A stretch of 64,000 nt of DNA from an uncultured Veillonellaceae bacterium (lineage in GTDB: Bacteria > Bacillota > Negativicutes > JARBTT01): NCBI GenBank assembly GCA_963805085.1, contig CAWDTA010000002.1, positions 576,001 through 640,000 of the forward strand, written 5' to 3'. Positions 63,963 through 64,000 of the stretch are shown one piece after another. The notes below the pieces were generated by a model. The model was not told the origin of the DNA. It did not search any database and worked only from the letters and a program-made list of their open reading frames with translations. The translations under genes were made by a program, and so were the position numbers. Position 1 is the stretch's first letter, and each line of letters opens with the position of its first letter.

Positions 63963-64000
63963 TCCCCTCGAAAAGTTTTAGCGGTTGTTTTTCTTAAAAA

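Overview
Chromosomal segment of a low-GC diderm Firmicute. Negativicutes is inferred from two SLH/beta-barrel OmpM-like porins, TonB-ExbBD and a Firmicute-type rRNA operon. From left to right: glycogen genes (glgP partial, glgD, glgC); M48 peptidase; CYTH protein; M20 amidohydrolase with its regulator; GNAT; MscS; nrdDG with NrdR boxes; two UspA genes; threonine ammonia-lyase; an 11-gene Ftr1/P19 iron-uptake cluster with TonB-ExbBD, ApbE and an FMN-binding lipoprotein; ArsR; NlpC/P60; mqnE; a minus-strand rRNA operon (16S with a V1 insertion, tRNA-Ile, tRNA-Ala, 23S, 5S); an IS30 element; a porin-DcuC-LysR-lyase module; an MCP; and a MurNAc recycling operon with an unannotated Arc-like regulator. 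From about 56.9 kb lies an AT-rich accessory island that starts at a tRNA 3' remnant. It carries a DUF2971-like gene, IS256, a tightly coupled sce7726-like nuclease / sce7725-like / RES operon (the best candidate for an uncharacterised defence system), a REP-truncated RAYT pseudogene and a probable type I toxin. Other oddities are a 23S rRNA-like segment forming the 3' end of murQ, and a structured repeat shared between an intergenic region and the rRNA spacer. Family assignments come from motif recognition by eye; no searches were run.
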